DNA of 64,000 bases. Origin: an uncultured Caldisericota bacterium (lineage in GTDB: Bacteria; Caldisericota; Caldisericia; B22-G15). The notes beneath the pieces were generated by a model. That model worked only from the letters and a program-made list of their open reading frames with translations. It had not been told where the DNA came from and searched no databases. Both the position numbers and the translations under genes were made by a program. Below, in pieces: positions 18,714 through 28,028 of this stretch. How positions within the stretch are numbered: the first letter of the stretch is position 1; each line of letters opens with the position of its first letter. The stretch covers positions 1,964 through 65,963 of the forward strand of contig CAZXJJ010000006.1 in the NCBI GenBank assembly GCA_964640995.1, given 5' to 3'.

Positions 18714-19059
18714 AATTTTCTATATGAGTCAATTTAAAATCTTTTTCTGATTTATATTCAATGCCTAAAAAATCAAATTTTATATCTTTAAACTTTCTTT
18801 TTGAATTTATTAGATACTGAAGTGCTAATTTTTTATAATTTTCAATTTTTATTTTTGTAATACTCTCTTCTGGTAATAATAAACTTGAATCTCTTTTGGT
18901 TCTAACTTCAATAAAAATTATTGAATTATCCTTTTCACAAATTATGTCAATTTCACCAAATCTTGTTCTAAAATTCTTATCAATTATTTTATAACCCTTA
19001 TTTTTAAAGTAATTAATTGCTATTTCTTCACCTAATTTTCCAAAATCTTTTTTGTCCAT
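18703..19059 (-). CDS. yraN: YraN/UPF0102-family endonuclease-like protein
   Basis: MDKKDFGKLGEEIAINYFKNKGYKIIDKNFRTRFGEIDIICEKDNSIIFIEVRTKR... is the UPF0102 signature (GEIDLI...VEVK.R). Start chosen at the internal Met; the track ORF extends to 19080. Confidence 0.7.
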   Translation of the reverse strand: MDKKDFGKLGEEIAINYFKNKGYKIIDKNFRTRFGEIDIICEKDNSIIFIEVRTKRDSSLLLPEESITKIKIENYKKLALQYLINSKRKFKDIKFDFLGIEYKSEKDFKLTHIENFIE

Positions 19060-19104
19060 AAAGTTTAAAAGCCCCTCCAAATTGGAGGGGCCTAATTTTT
19101 TAAT

Positions 19105-22100
19105 TTAATCCTTTGGATAAGTTATTGTTACAGTTTTTGTTGCTGAATCCCAATCAACTTTACAACCAAGATTTTCAGCAACAAATCTTACAGGAAGCAT
19201 AGTTCTTCCTTGAATAATCATTGGAACAACTTTAGGATTATTTGGATCTATAGGAGTATTAACTCCATTTACTTTTGCTATATTTTTTCCAATCCAAAGT
19301 TCAATAACTGTATTTTTTAGAGAAACAGTTACCTTCTTTTCATTTGGATCCCATTCAACAGTTGCACCTAATGGCTCTGCAATGTGTCTTATAGGTAAAA
19401 GTGTTCTTCCTTCAATTATTTGAGGTGGAACATCAATTTCCTGTTCTTTATCATTAACTAACATAATTTTGTTTCCTATTTGAAGTTTTAATATTATTTT
19501 TTTAACATAATTAACATAATACTCTTTGGTTAATTTATTTCCTCTTGAATCTTCTGTTTCGATCGTTATCTTATTCATTCCTTCAACAAGAGTTAATGTG
19601 TAACTAAATGAACCATCACTTTTAACTTGAACTTCTTTTCCATTTATTTTTAGATATTTTATTCCACTCTCATCTGTTAGCTTTCCACTGATTAGTAAAT
19701 CTTGTGTTTTTGTTTCGCTTGGAAGATTTAAAGAAAGAACAGGTGGTTTTTTATCTGGTTCAACAATATTAATTTCTCCTATTTCAAGATTTGCTTTTAT
19801 TTCATTAAGATCTGGGTCTTTTAAAACAAGATTTGTGATTTTTATAGTAGTTTTACCTAATTTAAGCGCTTTAAATTTAAATTTTATAAGTAAACCTTCT
19901 CCACTAATTCCTTGAACTTTTCCTGTTCTTGATACTCCAATTATAATTTCACCTTTTTCTTTATTGACATTTTTTAAGAATAGAGTAGATATGCCATCTT
20001 TCTTTAAAAATTCTCCTTCAATTGCATCTTCAAGGTCCAAATATTCTTTATTATAGTTTAAAGTAAATCCAAAACCATATAAATTCTCAACTTCTTGAAT
20101 TAGAACCGGTATTTCAAATGATGAATCAAGATCTACCTGTAAGGCACTAATTAAAACTTTTGTTCTTGTTGCAAGTACAACCTTTAATGAAATAGTTTTA
20201 ACTAAGTTTGGATCTCCGTTTGATTTTATCTCAAGGTCAATCTTCATTTCATCTCCTATTTTTGCTGAAGTAGGAGGAGTAACTTTTACTTCAAAACTCT
20301 TTTTTTCTTTTGAATTGGCCATAAATTCTTTAGGATATAATACTTTCCATTCATAAACATCTGATATTAAATTAATTAAATATGTATCTTCTTTTGCACC
20401 TTTATTTGATAATGTTAAATTAAATGTCACCTCAATCCCTGGTTTAGAAATTTTTTCTATTGCATCTGCAGTTATTGAGAAAGAATAATCTTGTAATTTT
20501 TCTCCAAAAGGAGAAATTATTCTTACAACATTATGAAATAGATCTGCTGCATATATTAAACCATCTTGACCAATGAATAAATGTGCAAGTTCATAATAAC
20601 CTCTTGGTGTTGAACCTAAAAATATACCATCACTCTTAAACATCTGTATTCTTCCATTTTCAGTATCAGCTACATACACTACACCATCTTTATCAACTGC
20701 TACTCCGGTTGGGAACCAGAATTTTTCTAGCGCTCTTCCACCACCCTTTCCTATTTTTCTTAAAAGTTTACCATTCTCATCATAGACATCTACATAATGG
20801 TCAAATGTCGCGACATAAATATTGTTATTTGAATCAACTGCAATAGCATTTGCTTCACCTTTTATTTGAAATTCTTTAAGTATAGTACCATCTTTTGGTG
20901 AAATTGCATATACCATAAAGTTTCTTGTAACAACCCAAATTCTACCTTGATTATCAAATGTCATTTGATATGGTTGAAGTATTATATCTTTACAATTCTC
21001 AAGAACTCTTAAGAAATTACCTTGTAAATCAAAAACTGATATTGGTGCTCCTTCAATTCCTGAAGAAACATATACTTCATTTTTTCCACATAAAACACCG
21101 CCAATTGCAGCAAAAGGTTTATCTTGTGATATACCACTTATTTTTTTTAAAAATTTTCCATCACTGTTAAAGATTGCAACCTCACCAATATCACTGAAGT
21201 TTGCCCAATGGGCTATCCAAATATTTCCAGATGAATCAACAGATACAGAAATTGGATTTATGAGTCTCCCTTCAAGATCATAATTATAATCTATTTTAGT
21301 TTTTGCATTTCCATTTTTATCAAAAACTGTTAATCTTGTTGTTCTTGGCCATCCAAATGGATTACCTGGTCCATAAAAATATCCTGCATCAAAAGTATAA
21401 ACATTTTCATCTTCATCGATAGCGACTCCTGCTGGAGTTAAAAATTCTCCAAGTTGAAGAGGAACTCTTGTTCCTCTTTTTCCAAATTTCAAAACAAAAT
21501 TTCCATTTTTATCAAATTTTTTAATACTTGGATTCAGTGGAGTTCCTAAACCTCTATCAACTACATAGACAAAATTACCTTTAACTTCAACATCAAAAGG
21601 ATATACAAATTGTATATCTGCTCCACCCTTACTTCCGAAAGAAAATAAAATCTTTCCATCAGTATCTAGTTTATAAACCTTACAATTTTTTGCATCAACA
21701 ACCCAAAGATTATTTTCTTCATCAAAACACATACCCTGAGGATTTCTTATTTCTTCAATTTTAATAACCTTTAAAAATACGCCTTTATCTGAGAAAACTT
21801 GAATTCTTGAGTTTAATTGATCTGAAACATAAATTTTTCCATCTTTTGAGACAGCAATTCCTGATGGACCATTAAACTTTCCTTCATCACTTCCTTCTTC
21901 ACCAAATTGCAATAAAGCTTCTCCAATTGGAGAGAATTTTATTACATAATTATTAAAGAAATCAGCAACATAAACATTACCATTATTATCCACATCTAAA
22001 TCTACTGGGTATTGTAATCTTCCCTCTCCAAATCCAAGTTCACCAAATACTTTTAGGTGTTTTAAATTTTTATCAAAGATGTGGATTCTTCCATAAGATG

Positions 22101-22356
22101 TATCTAAAACATAAAGAAGCCCATTTTTGAATTTCATACCTTGCATTGGAAAAGATAATTCTGATTTGAAATCCTCCTCAACAGTATTTGCCCATAACAA
22201 AGTAAAAGAGCCTACATAATCATCTGGCATTAAACCAATTACACCAACTTGAGCAATATCTCTTTGTTGTGCTTTTGAAATATTAAAGTTGATAAAGCTA
22301 AAAAGAATTGTGGAAATTAATAAAATTATTAAAACCCTTTTTAACAAATTCATCAA
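19105..22356 (-). CDS. Large secreted surface protein: signal peptide + NHL-repeat beta-propellers + cohesin-like domain + two copper-amine-oxidase-N-like (stalk) domains
   Basis: 1083 aa. N-terminal signal peptide (LIILLISTILFSFINFNISKAQQ). Many NHL-type repeats (..GNVYVADFFNNYVIKFS.., ..GKIYVSDQLNSRIQVFS.., ..YVADTENGRIQMFK..). Cohesin-like module (YGFGFTLNYNKEYLDLEDAIEGEFL...GVSRTGKVQGISGEGLLIKFKFKALKLGKTTIKI). C-terminal repeats GRTLLPIRHIAEPLGATVEWDPNEKKVTV and GRTMLPVRFVAENLGCKVDWDSATKTVTI. Confidence 0.8.
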   Translation of the reverse strand: MMNLLKRVLIILLISTILFSFINFNISKAQQRDIAQVGVIGLMPDDYVGSFTLLWANTVEEDFKSELSFPMQGMKFKNGLLYVLDTSYGRIHIFDKNLKHLKVFGELGFGEGRLQYPVDLDVDNNGNVYVADFFNNYVIKFSPIGEALLQFGEEGSDEGKFNGPSGIAVSKDGKIYVSDQLNSRIQVFSDKGVFLKVIKIEEIRNPQGMCFDEENNLWVVDAKNCKVYKLDTDGKILFSFGSKGGADIQFVYPFDVEVKGNFVYVVDRGLGTPLNPSIKKFDKNGNFVLKFGKRGTRVPLQLGEFLTPAGVAIDEDENVYTFDAGYFYGPGNPFGWPRTTRLTVFDKNGNAKTKIDYNYDLEGRLINPISVSVDSSGNIWIAHWANFSDIGEVAIFNSDGKFLKKISGISQDKPFAAIGGVLCGKNEVYVSSGIEGAPISVFDLQGNFLRVLENCKDIILQPYQMTFDNQGRIWVVTRNFMVYAISPKDGTILKEFQIKGEANAIAVDSNNNIYVATFDHYVDVYDENGKLLRKIGKGGGRALEKFWFPTGVAVDKDGVVYVADTENGRIQMFKSDGIFLGSTPRGYYELAHLFIGQDGLIYAADLFHNVVRIISPFGEKLQDYSFSITADAIEKISKPGIEVTFNLTLSNKGAKEDTYLINLISDVYEWKVLYPKEFMANSKEKKSFEVKVTPPTSAKIGDEMKIDLEIKSNGDPNLVKTISLKVVLATRTKVLISALQVDLDSSFEIPVLIQEVENLYGFGFTLNYNKEYLDLEDAIEGEFLKKDGISTLFLKNVNKEKGEIIIGVSRTGKVQGISGEGLLIKFKFKALKLGKTTIKITNLVLKDPDLNEIKANLEIGEINIVEPDKKPPVLSLNLPSETKTQDLLISGKLTDESGIKYLKINGKEVQVKSDGSFSYTLTLVEGMNKITIETEDSRGNKLTKEYYVNYVKKIILKLQIGNKIMLVNDKEQEIDVPPQIIEGRTLLPIRHIAEPLGATVEWDPNEKKVTVSLKNTVIELWIGKNIAKVNGVNTPIDPNNPKVVPMIIQGRTMLPVRFVAENLGCKVDWDSATKTVTITYPKD

Positions 22357-22404
22357 ATCCTCCTTTCTAAAAATTTTAACTTTTCTAAAAATTATAAATT
22401 AAAC

Positions 22405-22433
22405 TTGACATGGTTTCAAATTAAAAATATAAT
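22405..22433 (+). promoter_or_regulatory. Perfect consensus sigma-A promoter TTGACA-N17-TATAAT upstream of tRNA-Ala(GGC)/leuS
   Basis: TTGACA 22405-22410, exactly 17 nt spacer, TATAAT 22428-22433. The tRNA 5' end is at 22447. Confidence 0.7.
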
Positions 22434-22446
22434 GATTTAGATAAAT

Positions 22447-22522
22447 GGGGCAGTAGCTCAGTTGGGAGAGCGTCTCTATGGCATGGAGAAGGTCGCGGGT
22501 TCGAATCCCGTCTGCTCCACCA
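22447..22522 (+). tRNA. tRNA-Ala (anticodon GGC)
   Basis: ggggcag acceptor with G3:U70, D-arm gctc-agttggga-gagc, anticodon loop atGGCat, T-arm gcggg-ttcgaat-cccgt, CCA. It lies in the leuS leader. Confidence 0.85.
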
Positions 22523-22543
22523 TGTTACATGGAGGAATTTTTA

Positions 22544-25027
22544 ATGGAATTTTATAATTTTTCTGAAATTGAAGAAAAGTGGATAAAAAGATGGGAAAAA
22601 GAAGGATTATACTCTAAATATGATTATAATAAACCAAAATATTATGTTTTAGAAATGTTTCCATACCCCTCTGGTCCTCTCCATATGGGACATGTAAGAA
22701 ACTACACTCTTGGAGATGTAGTTGCAAGATATAAAAGAATGAGAGGTTATAATGTATTACATCCAATGGGTTGGGATGCTTTTGGATTACCCGCAGAAAA
22801 TGCAGCAATACAGAGAGGTATATCTCCAAAAAAGTGGACCTATAACAATATAAATATAATGAAATCTCAATTAATAAAACAAGGAATTTCTTATGATTGG
22901 GATAGAGAAGTCGCAACATGTGATCCTAATTATTATAAATTTACTCAATGGTTTTTCCTTGAACTATTCAACTCTGGTCTAGCTTATAAAGACAAAGCAC
23001 TTGTCAATTACTGTCCTAAATGTAAAACAGTTCTTGCTAATGAACAAGTTATTGGAGGAAGATGCTGGAGATGTGATTCTGTAGTTGAGAAAAGAGAGTT
23101 AGAGCAGTGGTATTTTAAAATAACTCATTTTGCAGAAGAATTATTAAATGATTTAGATTTACTTGAAAATTGGCCAGAAAAAGTGAAAATAATGCAAAGA
23201 AACTGGATTGGAAGAAGTGAAGGAGTTGACATATCTTTTCCGATATTAGATTTAGAGGATAAAATTGAAATTTTTACAACAAGACCTGATACAATTTTTG
23301 GAACAACTTTTATGGCTTTGGCTCCAGAACATCCTCTTTCTGAGAAACTTGCTATAAAAAATGGTTTATATGAAGAATTTAAAAAATTTAAAGAAAGTGT
23401 TTTAAAATTAAGCGAAATCGATAGAGTTTCAACAGAATTAACAAAAGAGGGATTATTTTTAAAAAGTTATGCAATAAATCCATTAAAACAAGAAAAATTA
23501 CCTATTTTTGTTGCAAATTATGTTGTTTATCAATATGGAAAAGGAGCAATAATGGGTGTACCTGCTCATGATTCAAGAGACTTTGATTTTGCAAAAAAAT
23601 ATGGCCTCCCAATAAAAATTGTTATCCAAAATAAAGATTTCAGTTTAAATGAAGAGTTAATGAATGAAGCATATGAAGATGAGGGTATAATGGTAAATTC
23701 TCAAAATTTTTCAGGAATTCCATCTGAAGAAGGAAAAAGAAGAATAAGTGAATATATTGAAGAAAAAGGTTTAGGAAAAAGAGTTGTAAGATATAGATTA
23801 AGAGATTGGCTTATTTCAAGACAAAGATACTGGGGTGCTCCAATTCCTATTATTAATTGTGAGAAATGTGGAACAGTTCCTGTTCCATATGAAGATCTTC
23901 CAGTTATGTTGCCTGATGAGAGAGAGGTAAATTTTGGAATTGAAGGAAAAAATCCACTTGAAACAGCAGAATCATGGGTAAATACAAAATGTCCAAAATG
24001 TGGAGGTATTGCAAAAAGAGAAACTGAAACAATGGATACTTTTGTATGTTCTTCTTGGTATTATTTAAGATATACTTCACCTAATAGTTTGATCAATCCA
24101 ACTAACTTCCCATTTGATATGAAATATGTTGATTATTGGATGCCTGTAGATCAATACATTGGTGGTGTTGAACATGCAATTTTACATCTTCTTTATTCGA
24201 GATTTTTTACAAAATTTTTGTATAGTAAAGGATATATTAATTTTAAAGAGCCATTCAAAAATTTATTCACTCAAGGAATGGTTCTTTATAATGGCAGTAC
24301 AATGTCAAAATCGAAGGGTAATGTTGTGTCGCCTGATGAAATCATTAAAAAATATGGTGTTGATGCAGAAAGATTATATATACTTTTCATAGCTCCTCCA
24401 GAACTTGATGCAGATTGGACAGACAGAGGAATAGAGGGTATGAGTAGATATGTAAATAGGGTTTGGAGATTATTCAGTAGATTCATTGAATTAAGAAATA
24501 TAAATAAAAATTTTAAAATAGATAAAAACAAAGATAAAGAACTTGAAATAAAACTTAATGAAACAATTAAAAAAGTTACAGATAGCATAGAAAATAATTT
24601 TAGATTCAATACTTCAATTGCTTCATTGATGGAACTTATAAACTCAATACAAGATTATATGAGTGAAGAGGAAACAATAAATTTATCACTTTTGGAAAAA
24701 GTTTTTAAAAATTACATATTAATATTATCTCCATTTGCACCATTTATAACTGAAGAGATGTGGGAAAGATTGGGTAATAAAGAAAGTGTTAATATGGAAA
24801 ATTGGCCTTCTTATGATGAGGAAATATTAAAGAGAGATATTATAGAATTAGTTGTTGAAGTTAATGGTAAGGTAAGAGGGAGAATTAAAATAAACAGAGA
24901 TAGTGATGAAAAAGAAATAGAAAAGATAATTTTAGATGATCCAAAAATCAAAAAACATGTTGAGAATAAAATAATTAAAAAAATTATTCATATAAAAAAC
25001 AAAATTATAAATATTGTGATTGAGTGA
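22544..25027 (+). CDS. leuS: Leucyl-tRNA synthetase
   Basis: GGAGG 22531-22535 then ATG 22544 ([17 protein letters not shown]...). [15 protein letters not shown] (HIGH), KMSKSKGN, and CP1 editing and Zn regions. The track ORF start at 22478 runs through the tRNA and is rejected. Confidence 0.92.
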   Translation: MEFYNFSEIEEKWIKRWEKEGLYSKYDYNKPKYYVLEMFPYPSGPLHMGHVRNYTLGDVVARYKRMRGYNVLHPMGWDAFGLPAENAAIQRGISPKKWTYNNINIMKSQLIKQGISYDWDREVATCDPNYYKFTQWFFLELFNSGLAYKDKALVNYCPKCKTVLANEQVIGGRCWRCDSVVEKRELEQWYFKITHFAEELLNDLDLLENWPEKVKIMQRNWIGRSEGVDISFPILDLEDKIEIFTTRPDTIFGTTFMALAPEHPLSEKLAIKNGLYEEFKKFKESVLKLSEIDRVSTELTKEGLFLKSYAINPLKQEKLPIFVANYVVYQYGKGAIMGVPAHDSRDFDFAKKYGLPIKIVIQNKDFSLNEELMNEAYEDEGIMVNSQNFSGIPSEEGKRRISEYIEEKGLGKRVVRYRLRDWLISRQRYWGAPIPIINCEKCGTVPVPYEDLPVMLPDEREVNFGIEGKNPLETAESWVNTKCPKCGGIAKRETETMDTFVCSSWYYLRYTSPNSLINPTNFPFDMKYVDYWMPVDQYIGGVEHAILHLLYSRFFTKFLYSKGYINFKEPFKNLFTQGMVLYNGSTMSKSKGNVVSPDEIIKKYGVDAERLYILFIAPPELDADWTDRGIEGMSRYVNRVWRLFSRFIELRNINKNFKIDKNKDKELEIKLNETIKKVTDSIENNFRFNTSIASLMELINSIQDYMSEEETINLSLLEKVFKNYILILSPFAPFITEEMWERLGNKESVNMENWPSYDEEILKRDIIELVVEVNGKVRGRIKINRDSDEKEIEKIILDDPKIKKHVENKIIKKIIHIKNKIINIVIE

Positions 25028-26160
25028 TGAAAAAAACTTTATTTTTAATTTTAATTTTTGCTTTTTTAAATATATCATTAACCTTTCAAGAAACTTTAAT
25101 TTCTTTTGGAAATACAAGTTTAGAAATTTTACCAAATGAAGAAATAACAATTCCTGTAAAAGTAGAAAATGTAAAAAATCTTTATGGATTCTCTATTTAT
25201 ATTGAATTTGAACCAGAAAATTTAAAAATTGTTGAAATAAAAGAAGGTGAATTTTTAAAGAAAGATTCACAAACTTTCTTTTTGTCAAAGGTTGATTTAG
25301 AAAGAAGAGAGATAATAGTTGGTGGTGCAAGAAGAGGTAGTGTTCAAGGAATAAGCGGAACAGGAATTCTTTTTTATATAAAAATTGTTTTAAAAGAGAA
25401 AAATAGAACTTTGCTTAAATTTAAAGAGGCGATTCTTAAAGACGATAATTTAAAAGATTTAATAACCAAATCATCAGATCTTAACATTTTTCCAAAACTT
25501 CAAGATATTCCAATCTTAAAATTTGAACCAAATGTTCTTAATTTTAAAACTATAGATGATATACTTGAAATTAAAATTACTAACACAGGAAAAGGAATTC
25601 TAAAAGGAAAAATTTATACAAATGATGATTGGATTGTTTTAAATAAAACAAGTTTTGAGGGAAATAGTAATATAATTTATGTTGCTATTAAAAAACAGAG
25701 TATTGATGAAGGTAAAATATATATTGAGAGTAATGGTGGCAATGGAGTAATAAGAGTTAAATTTGAAAAGTTATCAGCAATTAAAATAGTTCTTCAAATT
25801 GGAAACCAAGTTGCTTATGTAAATGATGTGTCTTTTATTTTACCTTTTCCTCCATTTCTTGAAAAAGGAAGAACAATGGTACCACTAAGATTTATTTCAG
25901 AGAACAGAGGAGCACAGGTTTTATGGGTTAAAGAAGAGAATAAGGCAATAATAATATATAATGAAGTTTACATTGAATTATGGGTTGACCAAAATAAAAA
26001 TTATGTTAGAATGAATGGTGTTTTTTATACAATAGATGTTGCTCCTTATACTTTAAAAGGGAGAACAGTTGTTCCTGTGAGATTTGTCTCTGAATTTTTA
26101 GGTGGAAAGGTATTCTGGAATCAAGATACAAAAACTGTAACAATAATTTTTGAATCTTAA
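25024..26160 (+). CDS. Secreted protein with cohesin-like domain and two copper-amine-oxidase-N-like (stalk) domains
   Basis: Signal peptide ([16 protein letters not shown]). Cohesin-like module (..[38 protein letters not shown]...[25 protein letters not shown]..), closely similar to the module in the 19105-22356 protein. C-terminal [29 protein letters not shown] and [29 protein letters not shown]. Confidence 0.75.
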   Translation: MMKKTLFLILIFAFLNISLTFQETLISFGNTSLEILPNEEITIPVKVENVKNLYGFSIYIEFEPENLKIVEIKEGEFLKKDSQTFFLSKVDLERREIIVGGARRGSVQGISGTGILFYIKIVLKEKNRTLLKFKEAILKDDNLKDLITKSSDLNIFPKLQDIPILKFEPNVLNFKTIDDILEIKITNTGKGILKGKIYTNDDWIVLNKTSFEGNSNIIYVAIKKQSIDEGKIYIESNGGNGVIRVKFEKLSAIKIVLQIGNQVAYVNDVSFILPFPPFLEKGRTMVPLRFISENRGAQVLWVKEENKAIIIYNEVYIELWVDQNKNYVRMNGVFYTIDVAPYTLKGRTVVPVRFVSEFLGGKVFWNQDTKTVTIIFES

Positions 26161-26183
26161 TTTAAACTTAAGGAGGTAATCAT

Positions 26184-26372
26184 ATGGGAGTTCCAAAGAA
26201 AAAAAAGAGTAAGTCAAGGGTTAGGATTAGAAGAGCAAAATTTTACAAACCACCAAACATTAATCTTGTTGAGTGTCCTCATTGTCATGAATTAATTGTT
26301 CCTCATAGAGTATGCCCATATTGTGGTTATTACAAAGGAAGAGAGGTTATTGCTAAAGAGGTTGAGGAGTGA
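26184..26372 (+). CDS. rpmF: 50S ribosomal protein L32
   Basis: MGVPKKKKSKSRVRIRRAKF... with a CxxC...CxxC zinc ribbon. AGGAGG RBS. Lies directly upstream of plsX, as in Firmicutes. Confidence 0.88.
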   Translation: MGVPKKKKSKSRVRIRRAKFYKPPNINLVECPHCHELIVPHRVCPYCGYYKGREVIAKEVEE

Positions 26373-27349
26373 AAATAATCTTAGATGCTATGGGGGGAGA
26401 TTATGCCCCCCATGAGATAATAGAAGGAGCAAAATTAGCAAAAAAAGAATTAGATATTGATATAATACTTGTTGGTAGAGAAAGTGAAATTAAAAAAAAT
26501 TTAAATGAAGAAGAAAGAAAAAATTTCGAGATATTTCATGCTGAAGAAATTGTTACAATGGATGATAAGCCTGTAATGGCTTTTAGAAGGAAGAAAGATT
26601 CTTCAATAAATAGAGGCTTAACACTTTTAAAAGATGGTTTTGGAGAAGCATTTGTATCTGCTGGTAATACAGGTGCTATATTAACTTCTTCTTATTTTAT
26701 ACTCGGAAAGATTAAAGACTACATAAGACCGACTCAATCAGCAATAATTCCAACGCTAAAAGGTTTTTTAATTCTTGTTGATGCAGGAGCAAATGTCGAT
26801 GCAGAGCCTCAGAATCTTTTACATTGGACGCAAATGGGTAAAATTTTTTCGAAAATAATTACAAGAAAAGATAAAATAAAAATAGGATTATTAAATATTG
26901 GCGAAGAAGAAGAAAAAGGAAATGATTTAACAAAAGAAGCATATAAATTATTAAAGAATCATTTTGGTGATGAGTTTGCTGGAAATATGGAAGGCAAAGA
27001 TTTTTTATATGGCGAATTTGATTTATGTGTAACAGATGGATTCACTGGAAATGTTGCTTTAAAAACACTTGAAGGTGAGGCATCACTTTTTTTAAATTTA
27101 ATAAAAAATATTTTTAAAAAGAATTTAAAGACTAAGTTATCATATTTACTTGTTAAAAATGAGTTTAAAAATAATTTTGAAAAATTCAATTATGAAAAAT
27201 ATGGAGGAAGTCCAATTTTAGGAATTAATGGAACTGTTCTTGTTTGTCATGGAAGATCAAAAAGAATTGCAATAAAAAATGCAATAAAAATGGCAAAAAA
27301 TCTAATTGAACTGAAACTTCTAGAGAATCTAAAAAGTGAATTCAATTAA
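26369..27349 (+). CDS. plsX: Phosphate acyltransferase PlsX
   Basis: MKIILDAMGGDYAPHEIIEGAKLA...ILVG... and central ...VDAGANVD... blocks are typical of PlsX. Confidence 0.88.
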   Translation: MKIILDAMGGDYAPHEIIEGAKLAKKELDIDIILVGRESEIKKNLNEEERKNFEIFHAEEIVTMDDKPVMAFRRKKDSSINRGLTLLKDGFGEAFVSAGNTGAILTSSYFILGKIKDYIRPTQSAIIPTLKGFLILVDAGANVDAEPQNLLHWTQMGKIFSKIITRKDKIKIGLLNIGEEEEKGNDLTKEAYKLLKNHFGDEFAGNMEGKDFLYGEFDLCVTDGFTGNVALKTLEGEASLFLNLIKNIFKKNLKTKLSYLLVKNEFKNNFEKFNYEKYGGSPILGINGTVLVCHGRSKRIAIKNAIKMAKNLIELKLLENLKSEFN

Positions 27350-28028
27350 TGATTTTATATCTTATATAGAAGAAAACTTTAAAATAAAGATTAAAAACAG
27401 AAACCTTATCGAAATATCTTTAACTCATACATCAAAAGATATTCTTAAACCTCCAATAAATTTTGAAAGACTGGAATTTCTTGGCGATTCAATCATAAAT
27501 TTTTTAATTACCGAAAAAGTTTTTAAAAAATATAAAAATGTCTCAGAAGGGATACTTGCAAAATACAAAGCGATACTTATTAGTAAAGAAACACTCTCAA
27601 AATTTGCAAAAATTTTGAAGATAAATGAATACCTTATTATTGGTAAAGGAGAAGAGAGAAACAATGGAAGAGAAAAAGAAAATATATTATGTGATGCTTT
27701 CGAGTCTTTTATTGGTGCCATTTATTTAGATTCAGGTATAAGATCGACAAGAAAAATAATTAATAAATTAATAAAAAATATTAAAATTGATAAGATTTAT
27801 GACACTAAAACCTATCTTCAGGAAATCACTCAAAAAATGTTTGATTCATTACCAAAATATTCAGTACTTGAGATAAAAGGTTTAGAGCATAATAGAACGT
27901 ATATAGTTGGAGTTTTTGTAAATGATAAAATAGTTGGAGTTGGTGAAGGTAAAAGTAAAAAGGGTGCAGAAAAAGAAGCAGCAAGAGAAGCTATAAAGAA
28001 TTTATCTAAAAATGAGTCAATTCCTTAA
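27336..28028 (+). CDS. rnc: Ribonuclease III
   Basis: RNase III signature ERLEFLGDSIINFLITEKVF plus a C-terminal dsRBD (..GEGKSKKGAEKEAAREAIKNL). The start overlaps the plsX end. Confidence 0.9.
   Translation: MNSINDFISYIEENFKIKIKNRNLIEISLTHTSKDILKPPINFERLEFLGDSIINFLITEKVFKKYKNVSEGILAKYKAILISKETLSKFAKILKINEYLIIGKGEERNNGREKENILCDAFESFIGAIYLDSGIRSTRKIINKLIKNIKIDKIYDTKTYLQEITQKMFDSLPKYSVLEIKGLEHNRTYIVGVFVNDKIVGVGEGKSKKGAEKEAAREAIKNLSKNESIP

Noticed and set aside
22478-22543. Track ORF start for leuS at 22478 ([17 protein letters not shown]...)
   Set aside because: This N-terminal extension is the translation of tRNA-Ala(GGC) itself. The real start is ATG 22544, preceded by GGAGG.
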